A stretch of DNA of 64,000 nucleotides from the NCBI GenBank assembly GCA_016709145.1, contig JADJEK010000009.1, forward strand, positions 126,368 to 190,367, given 5' to 3'. The translations under genes were made by a program, and so were the position numbers. Positions 18,503-28,874 of the stretch are shown here, piece after piece. Within the stretch, counting starts at the first letter, position 1. The number at the start of each line of letters is the position of its first letter. A model generated the notes under the pieces. That model saw only the letters and a list, made by a program, of their open reading frames with translations, was not told the origin of the DNA and did no database searches. This stretch comes from Planctomycetota bacterium. GTDB lineage: Bacteria > Planctomycetota > B15-G4 > JADJEK01.

Positions 18503-19729
18503 ATGGCCGACGCGATCACGATGTCCTCGAAGGGACTGAACGTCCCCGATCACCCGATCCTCCCGTTCATCGAAGGCGATGGCACCGGACCCGACATCTG
18601 GGCCGCATCGGTCCGCGTGTTCGACGCGGCGGTCGCGAAGGCCTACGGCGGCAAGCGCAAGGTCGAGTGGCTCGAGGTCTACGCTGGCGAGAAGTCGTTC
18701 AAGAAGTTCGACAGTTGGCTGCCCGACGCGACGCTCGACGCGTTCCGCAAGTACCTCGTCGGCATCAAGGGTCCGCTGACGACCCCGGTCGGCGGCGGCA
18801 TCCGGTCGTTGAACGTCGCGCTGCGGCAGATCCTCGACCTCTACGTCTGCTTGCGCCCCGTGCGCTACTTCGACGGCGTGCCGTCGCCGGTCAAGCAGCC
18901 CGAACTCGTCGACATGGTGATCTTCCGCGAGAACACGGAGGACATCTACGCCGGCATCGAGTTCCAGGCCGGCACCGACGACGCCAAAAAGATGTTGGCC
19001 TTGCTGAAGGACCACTTCCCGAAGTCGTTCGCGAAGATCCGCTTCCCCGAGACGTCGAGCATCGGCATCAAGCCGGCGTCGCGCCAAGGCACCGAGCGCC
19101 TCGTGAAGGCCGCGATCGAGTACGCGATCGCGAACGGCCGCAAGAGCGTCACGCTCGTGCACAAGGGCAACATCATGAAGTTCACGGAAGGCGGTTTCCG
19201 TGATTGGGGCTACGCGCTCGCGAAGGAGAACTACGGCGGCCAGGAGATCGACGGCGGCCCGTGGCAGAAGATCAAGACGAAGGACGGCCGCGAGATCGTG
19301 GTGAAGGACGTCATCGCCGACGCGTTCTTGCAGCAGATCCTGACGCGTCCGGCCGAGTACGACGTGATCGCGACGATGAACTTGAACGGCGACTACGTCT
19401 CCGACGCGCTGGCCGCGCAGGTCGGCGGCATCGGCATCGCGCCCGGCGCGAACATCAACTACGACACGGGTCACGCGATCTTCGAAGCGACGCACGGCAC
19501 CGCGCCGAAGTACGCGGGCCAGGACAAGGTCAATCCGGGCTCGGTGATCCTGTCCGGCGAGATGATGTTCCGCTTCCTCGGTTGGAACGAAGCGGCCGAC
19601 CTCATCATCAAGGGCGTCGAAGGCGCGATCGGCGCGAAGACCGTGACGTACGACTTCGAGCGACTCATGAGCGGCGCGAAGCTGCTGAAGTGCTCGGAGT
19701 TCGGCGACGCGATCATCGCGAAGATGTGA
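18503..19729 (+). CDS. icd: NADP-dependent isocitrate dehydrogenase
   Basis: Start at [11 protein letters not shown], in frame with the longer ORF 17588..19729. Strong full-length similarity pattern to bacterial IDH ([34 protein letters not shown]). Confidence 0.9.
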   Translation: MADAITMSSKGLNVPDHPILPFIEGDGTGPDIWAASVRVFDAAVAKAYGGKRKVEWLEVYAGEKSFKKFDSWLPDATLDAFRKYLVGIKGPLTTPVGGGIRSLNVALRQILDLYVCLRPVRYFDGVPSPVKQPELVDMVIFRENTEDIYAGIEFQAGTDDAKKMLALLKDHFPKSFAKIRFPETSSIGIKPASRQGTERLVKAAIEYAIANGRKSVTLVHKGNIMKFTEGGFRDWGYALAKENYGGQEIDGGPWQKIKTKDGREIVVKDVIADAFLQQILTRPAEYDVIATMNLNGDYVSDALAAQVGGIGIAPGANINYDTGHAIFEATHGTAPKYAGQDKVNPGSVILSGEMMFRFLGWNEAADLIIKGVEGAIGAKTVTYDFERLMSGAKLLKCSEFGDAIIAKM

Positions 19730-19760
19730 ACGAGCACTCGATGAGTGCGAGGAATCGCGC

Positions 19761-20816
19761 GTGACGAACGTCCAGGAACATCTGCATCGCCTGGACGAGG
19801 AGCGCGAAGCGGTCTTCCTCTACGCGCGCGTCGCCGCGTGCGAGCGCGATCCGCGCCGCGCCGCGTTGTTCCGCGGACTCGGCAAGGAAACCGCGGCGCA
19901 GGCGAAGCTGATCGAAGCCGAGATCCAGGCGATCGCGCCCGGCACGCCGATTCCGCCGTTCCGGGCGTCGTCGCGTGTGCGGCTCGTCGCGTGGCTCGTG
20001 AAGAGGTTCGGTCCGCGCGCGATGGTGTCCGTACTCGCCGCGATGAAGGTCCGCGGCGTGTCGGTCTATCGCGGCCCGTTGATCCCGATGGCCGGGCATC
20101 CGGTCACGGACGGCGCGTCTCCCGAGAGTTGGCACAACGCGAAGGGCGGCGCGGGCTCGCTGCGCGCGGCGGTGTTCGGCGCGAACGACGGGCTGGTCTC
20201 GAACGCGAGCTTGATCCTCGGCATGGCCGGCGCGACCGCGGACCCGAAGGTCGTGCTGCTGACGGGCGTCGCGGGCTTGCTGGCCGGCGCGAGCTCGATG
20301 GCGGCCGGCGAGTGGATCTCGGTGAAGAGCCAGCGCGAGATGTTCGAACACCAGATCGGACAGGAGAAAGAAGAGCTCGCGCTCTATCCCGATTCCGAAG
20401 CCGAGGAGCTCGCGCTGATCTACGAAGCGCGCGGCCTGTCGCGCGACGAGTCGCTGCGCATCGGTAAGGCGATGGTCGCGGATCCTGTGGTGGGGCTCGA
20501 CGCGTTGGCGCGCGAAGAGCTCGGGCTGAATCCGGACGATCTCGGATCGCCGTGGGGGGCGGCGATCGCGTCGTTCGTCGCGTTCGCGGTCGGCGCGCTG
20601 CTGCCGCTCGCGCCGTTCCTGATCACGACCGGCTCGTCGGCGCTGACCGCGTCGATCGTCGTGACCGCGGTCGCGCTGCTGTCGATCGGCGCGGTGATCA
20701 GCTTGTTCACCGGCACCAGTGCGCTGAAGGGCGGCCTTCGCATGCTGCTCGTCGGCGGCGGAGCCGGCGCGGCGACCTACGCGCTCGGGCGCCTGTTCGG
20801 TGTCAGCGTCGCGTGA
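19761..20816 (+). CDS. membrane-bound ferritin-like / VIT1-CCC1 family Fe-Mn transporter (MbfA-like)
   Basis: N-terminal erythrin/ferritin-like helices followed by VIT-family transmembrane region (GANDGLVSNASLILG). Confidence 0.7.
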   Translation: MTNVQEHLHRLDEEREAVFLYARVAACERDPRRAALFRGLGKETAAQAKLIEAEIQAIAPGTPIPPFRASSRVRLVAWLVKRFGPRAMVSVLAAMKVRGVSVYRGPLIPMAGHPVTDGASPESWHNAKGGAGSLRAAVFGANDGLVSNASLILGMAGATADPKVVLLTGVAGLLAGASSMAAGEWISVKSQREMFEHQIGQEKEELALYPDSEAEELALIYEARGLSRDESLRIGKAMVADPVVGLDALAREELGLNPDDLGSPWGAAIASFVAFAVGALLPLAPFLITTGSSALTASIVVTAVALLSIGAVISLFTGTSALKGGLRMLLVGGGAGAATYALGRLFGVSVA

Positions 20817-21919
20817 TCGTCGCGGTCGACGTCTCGCCCGCGCTGAAGCACGCGCCCGGCGTCGGGCGCTATGCGCGTGAACTCACGCGAGCCCTGGTGC
20901 GACGCGCGGACGCGCCGGCATTGCGATTGCTCGAAGTCGGTCGCGCGCCGCACGTGCTTCCGGTCACGGCGCTCGGACTCGACGCCGCTCGCGCGAGCGG
21001 CGTCGATGTCCGCGTCACGCGAGTCTCGTTGCCGCGTCGCGTGGTCGGTGCACTCGGTCGCGTCGGTTGGACGACCGAACGCTGGGTCGGCGGCGCCGAC
21101 GTCGTGCATCAAGTGTTGCCGTACGAGCCGCTGCCGACGCGCACGGCGCTGAGCACGCTGACGCTCTCCGAGTTGCCCGAGCCGCGCTCCGCCGACGAAC
21201 CCACGCTGCGCACCACGCTATTGCGCACCGAACGCGCTCTCGTGTTCTCGACGTCCGCGCGCGACGAACTGACGCGACGCTACGACGTCGATGCATCGTG
21301 GATCGACGTCGTGCCCGTCGGCGCCGATCACTGGGCGCGCGAAACGACGGCGACGCACGAACGCCGCTCACCTCCCGAAGTCCTCGTGCTCGGCCAAGCG
21401 TCGTCCTCGCGACGACCGGATGCGATCGTCGCGGCGTGCGAGCGCGTCGTCGCCGCGGGGCTCGAGTTGCGTCTGCGTTTCGTCGGACCGAAGGGCGATC
21501 TCGGCGACGCGTTGCGCGCTCGGCTCCTGCGATCGGCGTTGGCAGGGCGCGCGACGATCGAGCCCGGAGTCGAAGCAGAGATGCCGGGTCTGGTGGCCGG
21601 CGCGGGCGTGCTCGTGCATCTCAATGACGTCGAATGGACGGCGGTCACGCCGCTCGAAGCACTCGCCGTCGGCGTGCCGGTCGTGGTGTCGCGGATCCCC
21701 GCGTTCGTCGAAGCCCTCGGCGACGAGGCCGGCTACGTCGACGACGACGCGGAACTCGCCGACGCGATCGCGGCGGCGATCACGACCGACTCGCCGGCGA
21801 CGCGGATGCGGCGACGTGATCTTGCGCGCTCGTTCACGTGGGACCGCAATGCGGCCGCGACGATCGACGTCTGGACGCGGATGGTCAGCGCGCGGGACTC
21901 GGGTCCGACTTCATCGTGA
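20813..21919 (+). CDS. glycosyltransferase family 1
   Basis: GTG start overlaps the upstream stop (GTGA). C-terminal GT1 core (VHLNDVEWTAVTPLEALAVGVPVVVSRIP). Confidence 0.65.
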   Translation: MIVAVDVSPALKHAPGVGRYARELTRALVRRADAPALRLLEVGRAPHVLPVTALGLDAARASGVDVRVTRVSLPRRVVGALGRVGWTTERWVGGADVVHQVLPYEPLPTRTALSTLTLSELPEPRSADEPTLRTTLLRTERALVFSTSARDELTRRYDVDASWIDVVPVGADHWARETTATHERRSPPEVLVLGQASSSRRPDAIVAACERVVAAGLELRLRFVGPKGDLGDALRARLLRSALAGRATIEPGVEAEMPGLVAGAGVLVHLNDVEWTAVTPLEALAVGVPVVVSRIPAFVEALGDEAGYVDDDAELADAIAAAITTDSPATRMRRRDLARSFTWDRNAAATIDVWTRMVSARDSGPTSS

Positions 21920-23444
21920 GCTTGCGCACGAAGTAGATCGCCAGGCCGATCAACAACCAGATGCCGAAGCGCTCCCACGCGTGGACCGGCAGGCCGAGCA
22001 TCACGTAGATGCACGCGCCGATCGACGTCGGCGCGACGATCCAGATGAAGGGGACCTGGAACGGTCGGTGGATCTCCGGGTGCTTCACGCGCAGCACGAG
22101 CACGCCGAGCGACACGATCGCGAACGCGGACAGCGTGCCGATGTTCGTGAGGTCGTAGGCGGCGTCGTCGTCCCACACGGCGGCGCCGATCGCGACGATC
22201 AGACCCGTGACGATCGTCGTGACGTGCGGCGTGTGGTACTTGGGGTGGAGCTTCGCGAACACCTTCGGCAACAGCCCGTCGCGCGACATGGCGTAGAAGA
22301 TGCGCGGTTGCCCGTACTGGAACACGAGCAGCACGGCCGCCATCGAGATCACGGCGCCGAGCGAGACGATGAACTGCGCGGCCGGGAACTTCTGCAGCGC
22401 GATCGCGAGCGGATCGGCGCCGTTGCCGAGTTCTTGGTAGGGCACGAGGCCGGTCGCGACCAATCCGACCACCATGTAGAGCACGGTGCAGATCGCCAGC
22501 GAACCGAGGATGCCGATCGGCATCGTGCGTTGCGGATTCTTCGCTTCCTCGGCCGCGGTCGACACCGCGTCGAAGCCGATGAACGCGAAGAACACGATCG
22601 CGGCGCCATGGTGGATGCCGGTCCAGCCGTTCGGGGCGAAGTCCTTCCAGTTCTCCGGGTTCACGTTCCACGCGCCGACGCCGAGGAACAGCGCGAGCAC
22701 GCCGAGCTTGATCCAGACCATCACGTTGTTGGCCTTAGCGCTCTCGCGGACGCCGCGCACGAGCAGCCACGTGATCGCGAGCGTGATCAGGACCGCGGGG
22801 ACGTTGACGATGACGTCGAAGCCCCACAGCTTCGGCGCTCCGTCGACGATTCCCTGCATCTCGGCGACGCGCGCGGTCGCCGTCTTGAGCGCCTCGGGCG
22901 TGGCGTCGACGGCTGCGGTCAATTCGGCCAACGACGCTTGGCGGGACGCGAGCTGCTGGAACACGTCGCCGTAGCTGAACATCAGCCAGCGGGGCGGCTC
23001 GATGTCGAACCCGCGCAACAGCGAGTCGAAGTAGTTCGACCACGCGATCGCGACGCCGACGTTGCCGATCGCGTATTCGAGCACGAGGTCCCAGCCGATG
23101 ATCCACGCGACGAACTCGCCGAGCGTGGCGAACGCGTAGGTGTAGGCCGAGCCGGACACGGGGATCATCGCCGTGAGCTCGGCGTAGCACATGCCGGCGA
23201 GCATGCAGACGAAGCCGAGCAGCGCGAACGAGAACACGACGGCGGGGCCGGCACCCTCGCGCACGCCGGGCACGCCGACCGCGGCGGTGCCGAGCGTCGA
23301 GAAGATGCCGGCGCCGATGATCGCGCCGATGCCGAGGAAGATGAGTTCCTTCGGACCGAGCACGCGCTGCAGCCGATGCTCGCCGCGTTCGGCGGCTTCG
23401 CTGAGTTCGCCGACGCTCTTCGTGCGGAACAGATTCCAGCCCAT
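21885..23444 (-). CDS. APC-superfamily amino acid permease
   Basis: Start taken at MGWNLFRTKS. 12 predicted transmembrane segments. Amino-acid permease N-terminal signature (LGPKELIFLGIGAIIGAGIF). 3' end overlaps the convergent GT1 gene by 35 nt. Confidence 0.8.
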   Translation of the reverse strand: MGWNLFRTKSVGELSEAAERGEHRLQRVLGPKELIFLGIGAIIGAGIFSTLGTAAVGVPGVREGAGPAVVFSFALLGFVCMLAGMCYAELTAMIPVSGSAYTYAFATLGEFVAWIIGWDLVLEYAIGNVGVAIAWSNYFDSLLRGFDIEPPRWLMFSYGDVFQQLASRQASLAELTAAVDATPEALKTATARVAEMQGIVDGAPKLWGFDVIVNVPAVLITLAITWLLVRGVRESAKANNVMVWIKLGVLALFLGVGAWNVNPENWKDFAPNGWTGIHHGAAIVFFAFIGFDAVSTAAEEAKNPQRTMPIGILGSLAICTVLYMVVGLVATGLVPYQELGNGADPLAIALQKFPAAQFIVSLGAVISMAAVLLVFQYGQPRIFYAMSRDGLLPKVFAKLHPKYHTPHVTTIVTGLIVAIGAAVWDDDAAYDLTNIGTLSAFAIVSLGVLVLRVKHPEIHRPFQVPFIWIVAPTSIGACIYVMLGLPVHAWERFGIWLLIGLAIYFVRKLTMKSDPSPAR

Positions 23445-23553
23445 GCGCGTGTGCCTCCGTGTCCTCGGACCCGAGCCGGCCTGAGCGGTCGGGTCGATGC
23501 GGCGCGCCATTGAAGGAGTGCCGAGGCCGAAACGCACGCCCCAGCCCCAAAAG

Positions 23554-23584
23554 GGGGACAGAGCAGATGAGGGGACTGTCCCCT
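23554..23584. repeat. REP-like hairpin type 1
   Basis: Identical to the hairpin at 15617-15646. Lies between two convergent gene ends. Confidence 0.8.
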
Positions 23585-23586
23585 TT

Positions 23587-26500
23587 CTAGCGCTGGGCCT
23601 CGCGGACCTCGACGCGTAGCTGGGGGGCGAAGGTCCTTCGCTCCGGTTCGTAGTACGGCGCGATCCGCGAGGCCGGGCCCGTCGTCGTGCCGGGGATGCG
23701 GGCGACGAGGTCGACGTGGAGCGTTCGTTCCGGCTTCGCGCCGAACGAGCGCCAGTAGACGACGAGGTCGCGACCGCGCAGCTCGGCGAAGTCGACCGCG
23801 TTCGACGTCGCGAGCCGTTCGAGTTCGCGCGCCTGGAGTTCGAGGCCCGCGGGGATGCCGAGCACGCCGACCACCATCCCCACGTCGGTCGGGTCGACTT
23901 TCGTGATGCGCGCCGAAAGCCGCGTCAGCGCGCCTTCTTCGACTTGGGTCGCCGACAGCTTGGTCACGATCCGCAGCACGGCGTCGGCCGCGTCGTCGGG
24001 TTGATCGAGGCGACCCTCGACCGCCACCGTGAACGGCAAGTTCGAACCCTCGACCGACCGCACGACGATCGAGTGCGAGCCCGCGCGCAGCGCCGCCGTG
24101 AAGCCGTCGAGCACGACCGGCTCGGTCTCGCCGTCCTTCACCTCGACCGCCCCGGCGAAGCCACCGTCGATCGTCAATTCGAACCGCCCGCCGCCGCGCG
24201 CGTCGAGCCCGAACTCGCGCCCCGCGAGGATCGCCTTCAGCGCCATCACGGTCGCCTGCGTCGCGCCGAACGAGCCGTCGCCCTTGCGGAACGACAACAG
24301 CGCGTCGAACGCGCGTGCCGCGACCGCGCGGTGCGCCGGGTCCGACGCGAGCGCGAGGATCGCGAACGCCGTGGTCTCGACCGTCAGGTTCGCGCCGCGC
24401 GATCCGGTCATGCTCGGGGCCGATCCCGTGAACGTCCCGTCTTCGGCCGCCATCGCGGCGAGGCGATGTCGCGCGGACTGCGCGGCATCGTCGCGACCCG
24501 CGGCCGTGAGAGCTCCGGCGCACAGCGCGAGCTCGTACGCGTCGATCGTCGACTTCGCTCGCGCGGCCAGCGCACCGAGTTCGGCGTTCAGCGCGGTTGC
24601 ATCGCCCGTCGTCGCGAGCGCATACGTGACGTACGCGTTCGTCGTCGTCTTCGAGGCTCCGCCGAACGACGCGAACGCGCCGTTTGCTCGATTGAACCCA
24701 CCCTTGCCGTCGCGGCGCGACACGAGCCACGCGCGCGTCCGCTCGACCAGCGCGGGATCGACGTCGAACACGCCTCGCATGTCGTGGAATTGCATCAGCC
24801 CGTACGCCGTGAGTCCCTCGTGCGCGGGCGACTTGCCGAACCATTCGAAGCCGCCGCCCTCGACCTCGAACGACGTCAGTCGCGCGTAGCCGTCCGCGAC
24901 GAGCTTCGCCGTGTCCTTCGTCGCGGCGCGCGCGTCTCCGGCCGTCGGCCCGAGGTCCTTCAACAGGTGCAGTGCGAGCACGTTCGGGTAGTTCACGCTC
25001 GAGGTCTGCTCGAAGCAGCCGTACGGCTCGCGCAGCATGCCGCGCAGTCCGTCCCCGAGTTCCGACAACGGCGACGTGTACAGCGTCAGCGTCGCCGTCG
25101 AGCGCTCGACGTCGAAGCCGCTCGGCAGCGTCAACGCGAGTTCGCCCGTGAAGCCGGTGCGCCCCGACACCGCGCGGAGGTACGGGAAGCCGCGCGGCGT
25201 GATGGCGACGCGGTGCGTCACGCGATCCGCCCAGCGCCCGCCGCTGGCGTCGAGCTCGATCGTCCCGTCCCAGGTCGGCGTCGCGATGGCGGTGAACGGC
25301 ACGTACGCGCGGCCGCCGCCGTCGGCGAGCGCGACGTCGAACCGCTCGACCGTCCTGTCGCCGCGCAGCGCATCGCCGAGCGTCACGCGAACCTGCGCGG
25401 CGCCGAGCGTGTCGTCGTCGCTGCGCAGCGCGATCGGCATGCGGACGTCGTCGCCATCGGTCAGCTCGATGGGCAGCACCGGCTCGATCGACAATGGACG
25501 CCCGGTGTGGAACGACGCCGCGCCGAAGCCGACGCGGCCGGCGGCCATGCCGTCGGCGACGACGTCCCACTGCGTCAGTCGATCGCTGGTGTCGAACTCG
25601 ATCGTCGCGTCGCCGTTCGCATCGGTGGCGAGCGCGGTCTGCCAGCACAACAACGACGCGAAGTCGCTGCGCGTCTCGCTCGCGCGATGCTCGTGCACGT
25701 ACGCACGCAGCGCGGCGACGGTCGCTGCATCGACGTCGACGTCGTCCGTGGTCGTCGCGATCGATGTGCGCGGAGCGATCAGGTCGGCGAGCCCGGCTTC
25801 GTGCATCGGCGATCCCGTCGTGAACCTCGAACCTGGCTTCGACTCAGTGGGCCGGTCGGCGCCGCCAGGCTCGATCTCTTCGTCTGCGAGACGAGCCTGG
25901 ATCGCAATCGACTCGACAATGGCCCAAGACCCCTCGGACGTGCGAACCTGAATCCTCGACAACGCGAACAGCACGAGCAGTGTCGGTGCTCCCGCGACCG
26001 TGAGTCGCGCGAACGCGCGGTACCACGGCGACGCGATCGTCTCCGTGAACCTCCGCGTCCACCAAGCGAACAGCGCGAACAACCCGAAGATCGCGAGCAA
26101 CGCGATCGCGATCGCCGCGGCGCGCGTGGCCTGTCCGGTCCGATGGCGCGCGTCGCGCTTCGCGGCTTCGATCGCGTACGACGTGTCCTCGACCTTCGTC
26201 GCGTCGGACCGACCTTCCTTGAGGGCAACGCTGCGCGCGAGCGCGAGCGCGACCGGATCGTCCGTCGTCGGATCCATCGTCTGCGCCGACCCTCGGCGCG
26301 CGCCGCGCGTCCCGAGCAAGAGGTCGAGCGCGAGACTCGATCCGGTGTCGGCCGGAGCGGCCCAAGTGAGCGCGGCGACGTGTTCCGGATCGTCGACGTC
26401 GCAGAACAGCCACGTCTGGTGGAACAGGTCCTGCCGCGGCCGGCCGGCGAGATCGGCGAGCGCGTGGTCGTGGACCGACAGTCCGACGATCGCGCGGCTC

Positions 26501-28347
26501 GGAGCTCCGGATTCGTCGGTGGTGCGGACGTGCAGCGTCTGTCGCTCGCCAGGACCGAGGATCGCCTGCCGCGGCGTCAGCGCGACGTGGACCGCGCGCG
26601 CGGGCTTGCGATGCACGAGGCGCTGCGCAAGCGGCCGTCGATCGGCGCCGAGCACGCCGACGCGCAACACGCCCGCGATCGAGTCCGGCGGCGTCAGCAC
26701 GACACTGGCTTCCGTCGTCGGCTCCACGTCCTGGTGCGCGACGAGCACGCCGCGGCAGAACAGCGCGACGGTCAGCGCCTGCGCCGTCGACGCACGGACG
26801 TGGAGGCGAACTGGCTCGCCGGCCGCGAACGAGTCGCTGGTCGACTCGAGCACGACACCGTCGGATTGCGTCGCGGGCAGCGTCGCGGGATCCGCCGCGG
26901 GCGAGTCGAACTCGACGCGGTACGAGCGTCCGTCGCGCGGCGTCAGCGCGAACCGCGCGCGCCCGCGCTCGTCGGCCTCGAACGCCACGACGTCGGAGCC
27001 GCGGTCGTCGACGACGCGCCCGCGTGCGGCCGTCGGTCGTCCGCTCGGCGTCGTCACCTGCGCGTAGACGCGGGTCGGCAATTCCGCGACGAGCGCCCCG
27101 CCCTCGGGGAAGAACTGGACGTCGAGTCGCCGCAACGCGAACGCGAACGGTTGCGCCTTCGTCTCGAGGTCGCCGCGGTCGCGCACGCGCACCGCGAACG
27201 ACGCGTCGCCGACGCGCACGTCCTTCGGCAACGTGAACGCGATCGACGCCTTGCCTTCGCCATCGAGTTTCGCGACGTGCGTCGACGACGCCTCGCCGTC
27301 GACGAATACGACCGCGTCGATCGCGGCGCCGGCGGCCGCTCCGCCGCTCGCGCGCAGGACCTCGATCGTCGCGCGTCCCTTCGCGCCCGGCGCGTACGTC
27401 GCGCGATCGAGCGCGATCGTCGTGAACAGGCGCGGCGCCTGCGTGCTCGCGACGGTGAGACTCGAGCGCGCGAGCTCGATGCCATCCGTGTTCAGCGCGA
27501 GGACGGTCCACGTGCCGGCTGGTGAGCGCTCGTCGAGGACGAATTGCGCGACCGCGATTCCGTCGTGAGGAGTCACGTCGCGCGCCGCTGCACGGTTTCG
27601 CGTCGGATCCTCGAACGCGATCCGCAATGCGTCGGCGCGCGGATCCAACGTCAGTCGATCGAGTGCGACGGCGCGCACGCGGATCACGTCGCCGGGCCGG
27701 TACGCGGGTTGACTCGTCGACAGAGCGACCATCGGCGCGTTGGCCGCAGCGGCGAGGTCCCACTCGAGCCCGCCCATGGCGTCGCCGGATCGCGCTTGGA
27801 TTTCGAGTCGCGCCGGCGCCGCGGCGAGCGGCGGCACCGACAGCGTCCGCAGATTGCCGTCGCCGACCGCGACGCCGTGATGCAGCAGCGTGCCTTCGCG
27901 ATCGAGGATGCGGCCTTCGACCGTGATCGCTTCGCCGTGCGTCGGCACGGCGACGACGTACTCGGTCGGCGCGAACGCGGAGATCGACGCCGGACCGGTC
28001 AAGCGGATCGCCAGTGCAGTGTCGTCGAGGCGCTGCTCGCGCCATTGGAACCAACCCGCCGCGATCAGCGGCCCGACCAACGCGATCGTGATCGCGGCGA
28101 CGGCGGCGGCTCTCGTCCACGCGAACACACGCGAACGCAGCGAAGGCGTGAACTTCAGAGCGAGCGTCGGCATCTCGGCGCGCGCGGCGTCCGACAAGCC
28201 CGTGGCGATGCGCGCCGCTTCACGGTCCAGCGCCGAGAGCTCGGGATCCTCGCGCAGTCGCAGGTTCAACGCGTCGGGGTCGGGATGACAGCCGAAGCGC
28301 AACTGCAGTAGCTCGTCGAGCAGTCGTTCGCGGTCCGCGGGATTCAT
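23587..28347 (-). CDS. alpha-2-macroglobulin-family thioester protein fused to an anti-sigma-factor-like cytoplasmic N-terminus and transmembrane segments
   Basis: 1586-aa ORF whose ATG overlaps the stop of the ECF sigma gene (ATGA). Residues 1-85 are helical and acidic, then a TM helix (AAVAAITIALVGPLIAAGWF), MG-like beta-sandwich repeats, a TM hairpin near residue 740, an MG domain with a TDANGDATIEF...DRLTQW motif, and a thioester motif PYGCFEQ followed by thioester-domain signatures (GGGFEWF, LTAYGL, TTNAYVTYALA). Confidence 0.8.
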   Translation of the reverse strand: MNPADRERLLDELLQLRFGCHPDPDALNLRLREDPELSALDREAARIATGLSDAARAEMPTLALKFTPSLRSRVFAWTRAAAVAAITIALVGPLIAAGWFQWREQRLDDTALAIRLTGPASISAFAPTEYVVAVPTHGEAITVEGRILDREGTLLHHGVAVGDGNLRTLSVPPLAAAPARLEIQARSGDAMGGLEWDLAAAANAPMVALSTSQPAYRPGDVIRVRAVALDRLTLDPRADALRIAFEDPTRNRAAARDVTPHDGIAVAQFVLDERSPAGTWTVLALNTDGIELARSSLTVASTQAPRLFTTIALDRATYAPGAKGRATIEVLRASGGAAAGAAIDAVVFVDGEASSTHVAKLDGEGKASIAFTLPKDVRVGDASFAVRVRDRGDLETKAQPFAFALRRLDVQFFPEGGALVAELPTRVYAQVTTPSGRPTAARGRVVDDRGSDVVAFEADERGRARFALTPRDGRSYRVEFDSPAADPATLPATQSDGVVLESTSDSFAAGEPVRLHVRASTAQALTVALFCRGVLVAHQDVEPTTEASVVLTPPDSIAGVLRVGVLGADRRPLAQRLVHRKPARAVHVALTPRQAILGPGERQTLHVRTTDESGAPSRAIVGLSVHDHALADLAGRPRQDLFHQTWLFCDVDDPEHVAALTWAAPADTGSSLALDLLLGTRGARRGSAQTMDPTTDDPVALALARSVALKEGRSDATKVEDTSYAIEAAKRDARHRTGQATRAAAIAIALLAIFGLFALFAWWTRRFTETIASPWYRAFARLTVAGAPTLLVLFALSRIQVRTSEGSWAIVESIAIQARLADEEIEPGGADRPTESKPGSRFTTGSPMHEAGLADLIAPRTSIATTTDDVDVDAATVAALRAYVHEHRASETRSDFASLLCWQTALATDANGDATIEFDTSDRLTQWDVVADGMAAGRVGFGAASFHTGRPLSIEPVLPIELTDGDDVRMPIALRSDDDTLGAAQVRVTLGDALRGDRTVERFDVALADGGGRAYVPFTAIATPTWDGTIELDASGGRWADRVTHRVAITPRGFPYLRAVSGRTGFTGELALTLPSGFDVERSTATLTLYTSPLSELGDGLRGMLREPYGCFEQTSSVNYPNVLALHLLKDLGPTAGDARAATKDTAKLVADGYARLTSFEVEGGGFEWFGKSPAHEGLTAYGLMQFHDMRGVFDVDPALVERTRAWLVSRRDGKGGFNRANGAFASFGGASKTTTNAYVTYALATTGDATALNAELGALAARAKSTIDAYELALCAGALTAAGRDDAAQSARHRLAAMAAEDGTFTGSAPSMTGSRGANLTVETTAFAILALASDPAHRAVAARAFDALLSFRKGDGSFGATQATVMALKAILAGREFGLDARGGGRFELTIDGGFAGAVEVKDGETEPVVLDGFTAALRAGSHSIVVRSVEGSNLPFTVAVEGRLDQPDDAADAVLRIVTKLSATQVEEGALTRLSARITKVDPTDVGMVVGVLGIPAGLELQARELERLATSNAVDFAELRGRDLVVYWRSFGAKPERTLHVDLVARIPGTTTGPASRIAPYYEPERRTFAPQLRVEVREAQR

Positions 28348-28874
28348 GGCCGGCCTCCGGCGTCGGATTCGGGTTCGAGCGGCGCGAGCTCACGCCGCAG
28401 TCGCATCAGCGCCGACCGCATGCGCGTCTTCGCGGTGCCGAGCGGGATCGACAGCGCTTGCGCGACCGCTTCGAACGACAGGCCGCCCGACACGCGCAGC
28501 ACGAACACTTCCTTCTCGGAGTCGTCGAGGTGCTCGATCGCGCTGCGTGCGCGTAGCACGAGTTCTTCTCGTTGCAGGCGCGCGTCGGGTGGGGCTTCGG
28601 GCGAAGGCAGTTCCATCGGGTCCTCGTCGCTGTGGTCGCGGGCGCGACGATCCCTGCGCCGGCGCACGTCGCGGGCGCAATTCATCGCGACGACGAACAC
28701 GAAACCGAGAGGGTCCGTCCGAATGCGTCGCTCGCGGTGAGCGACAAGCACGCGCGCGAACGACTCCTGCAGCACTTCGCTCGGATCGGCCGCGGGGCCG
28801 AGCACGGAGCGCACGGCGCCGGCGAGGCCGGCCCGATGATCCTGGAACAGTGCCAGCAGCTCGACTTCGTCCAT
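28344..28874 (-). CDS. ECF (sigma-70 family group IV) RNA polymerase sigma factor
   Basis: Start taken at MDEVELLALFQDH. Region 2 (ESFARVLVAH) and region 4 HTH (LSFEAVAQALSIPLGTAKTRMRSAL). Alternative upstream start at MDLVRF (about 29024). Confidence 0.8.
   Translation of the reverse strand: MDEVELLALFQDHRAGLAGAVRSVLGPAADPSEVLQESFARVLVAHRERRIRTDPLGFVFVVAMNCARDVRRRRDRRARDHSDEDPMELPSPEAPPDARLQREELVLRARSAIEHLDDSEKEVFVLRVSGGLSFEAVAQALSIPLGTAKTRMRSALMRLRRELAPLEPESDAGGRP

Noticed and set aside
23716-27525. 1269-aa plus-strand ORF antisense to the A2M-family gene
   Set aside because: Extremely Arg-rich and domain-free. The minus-strand frame carries the thioester and MG motifs.
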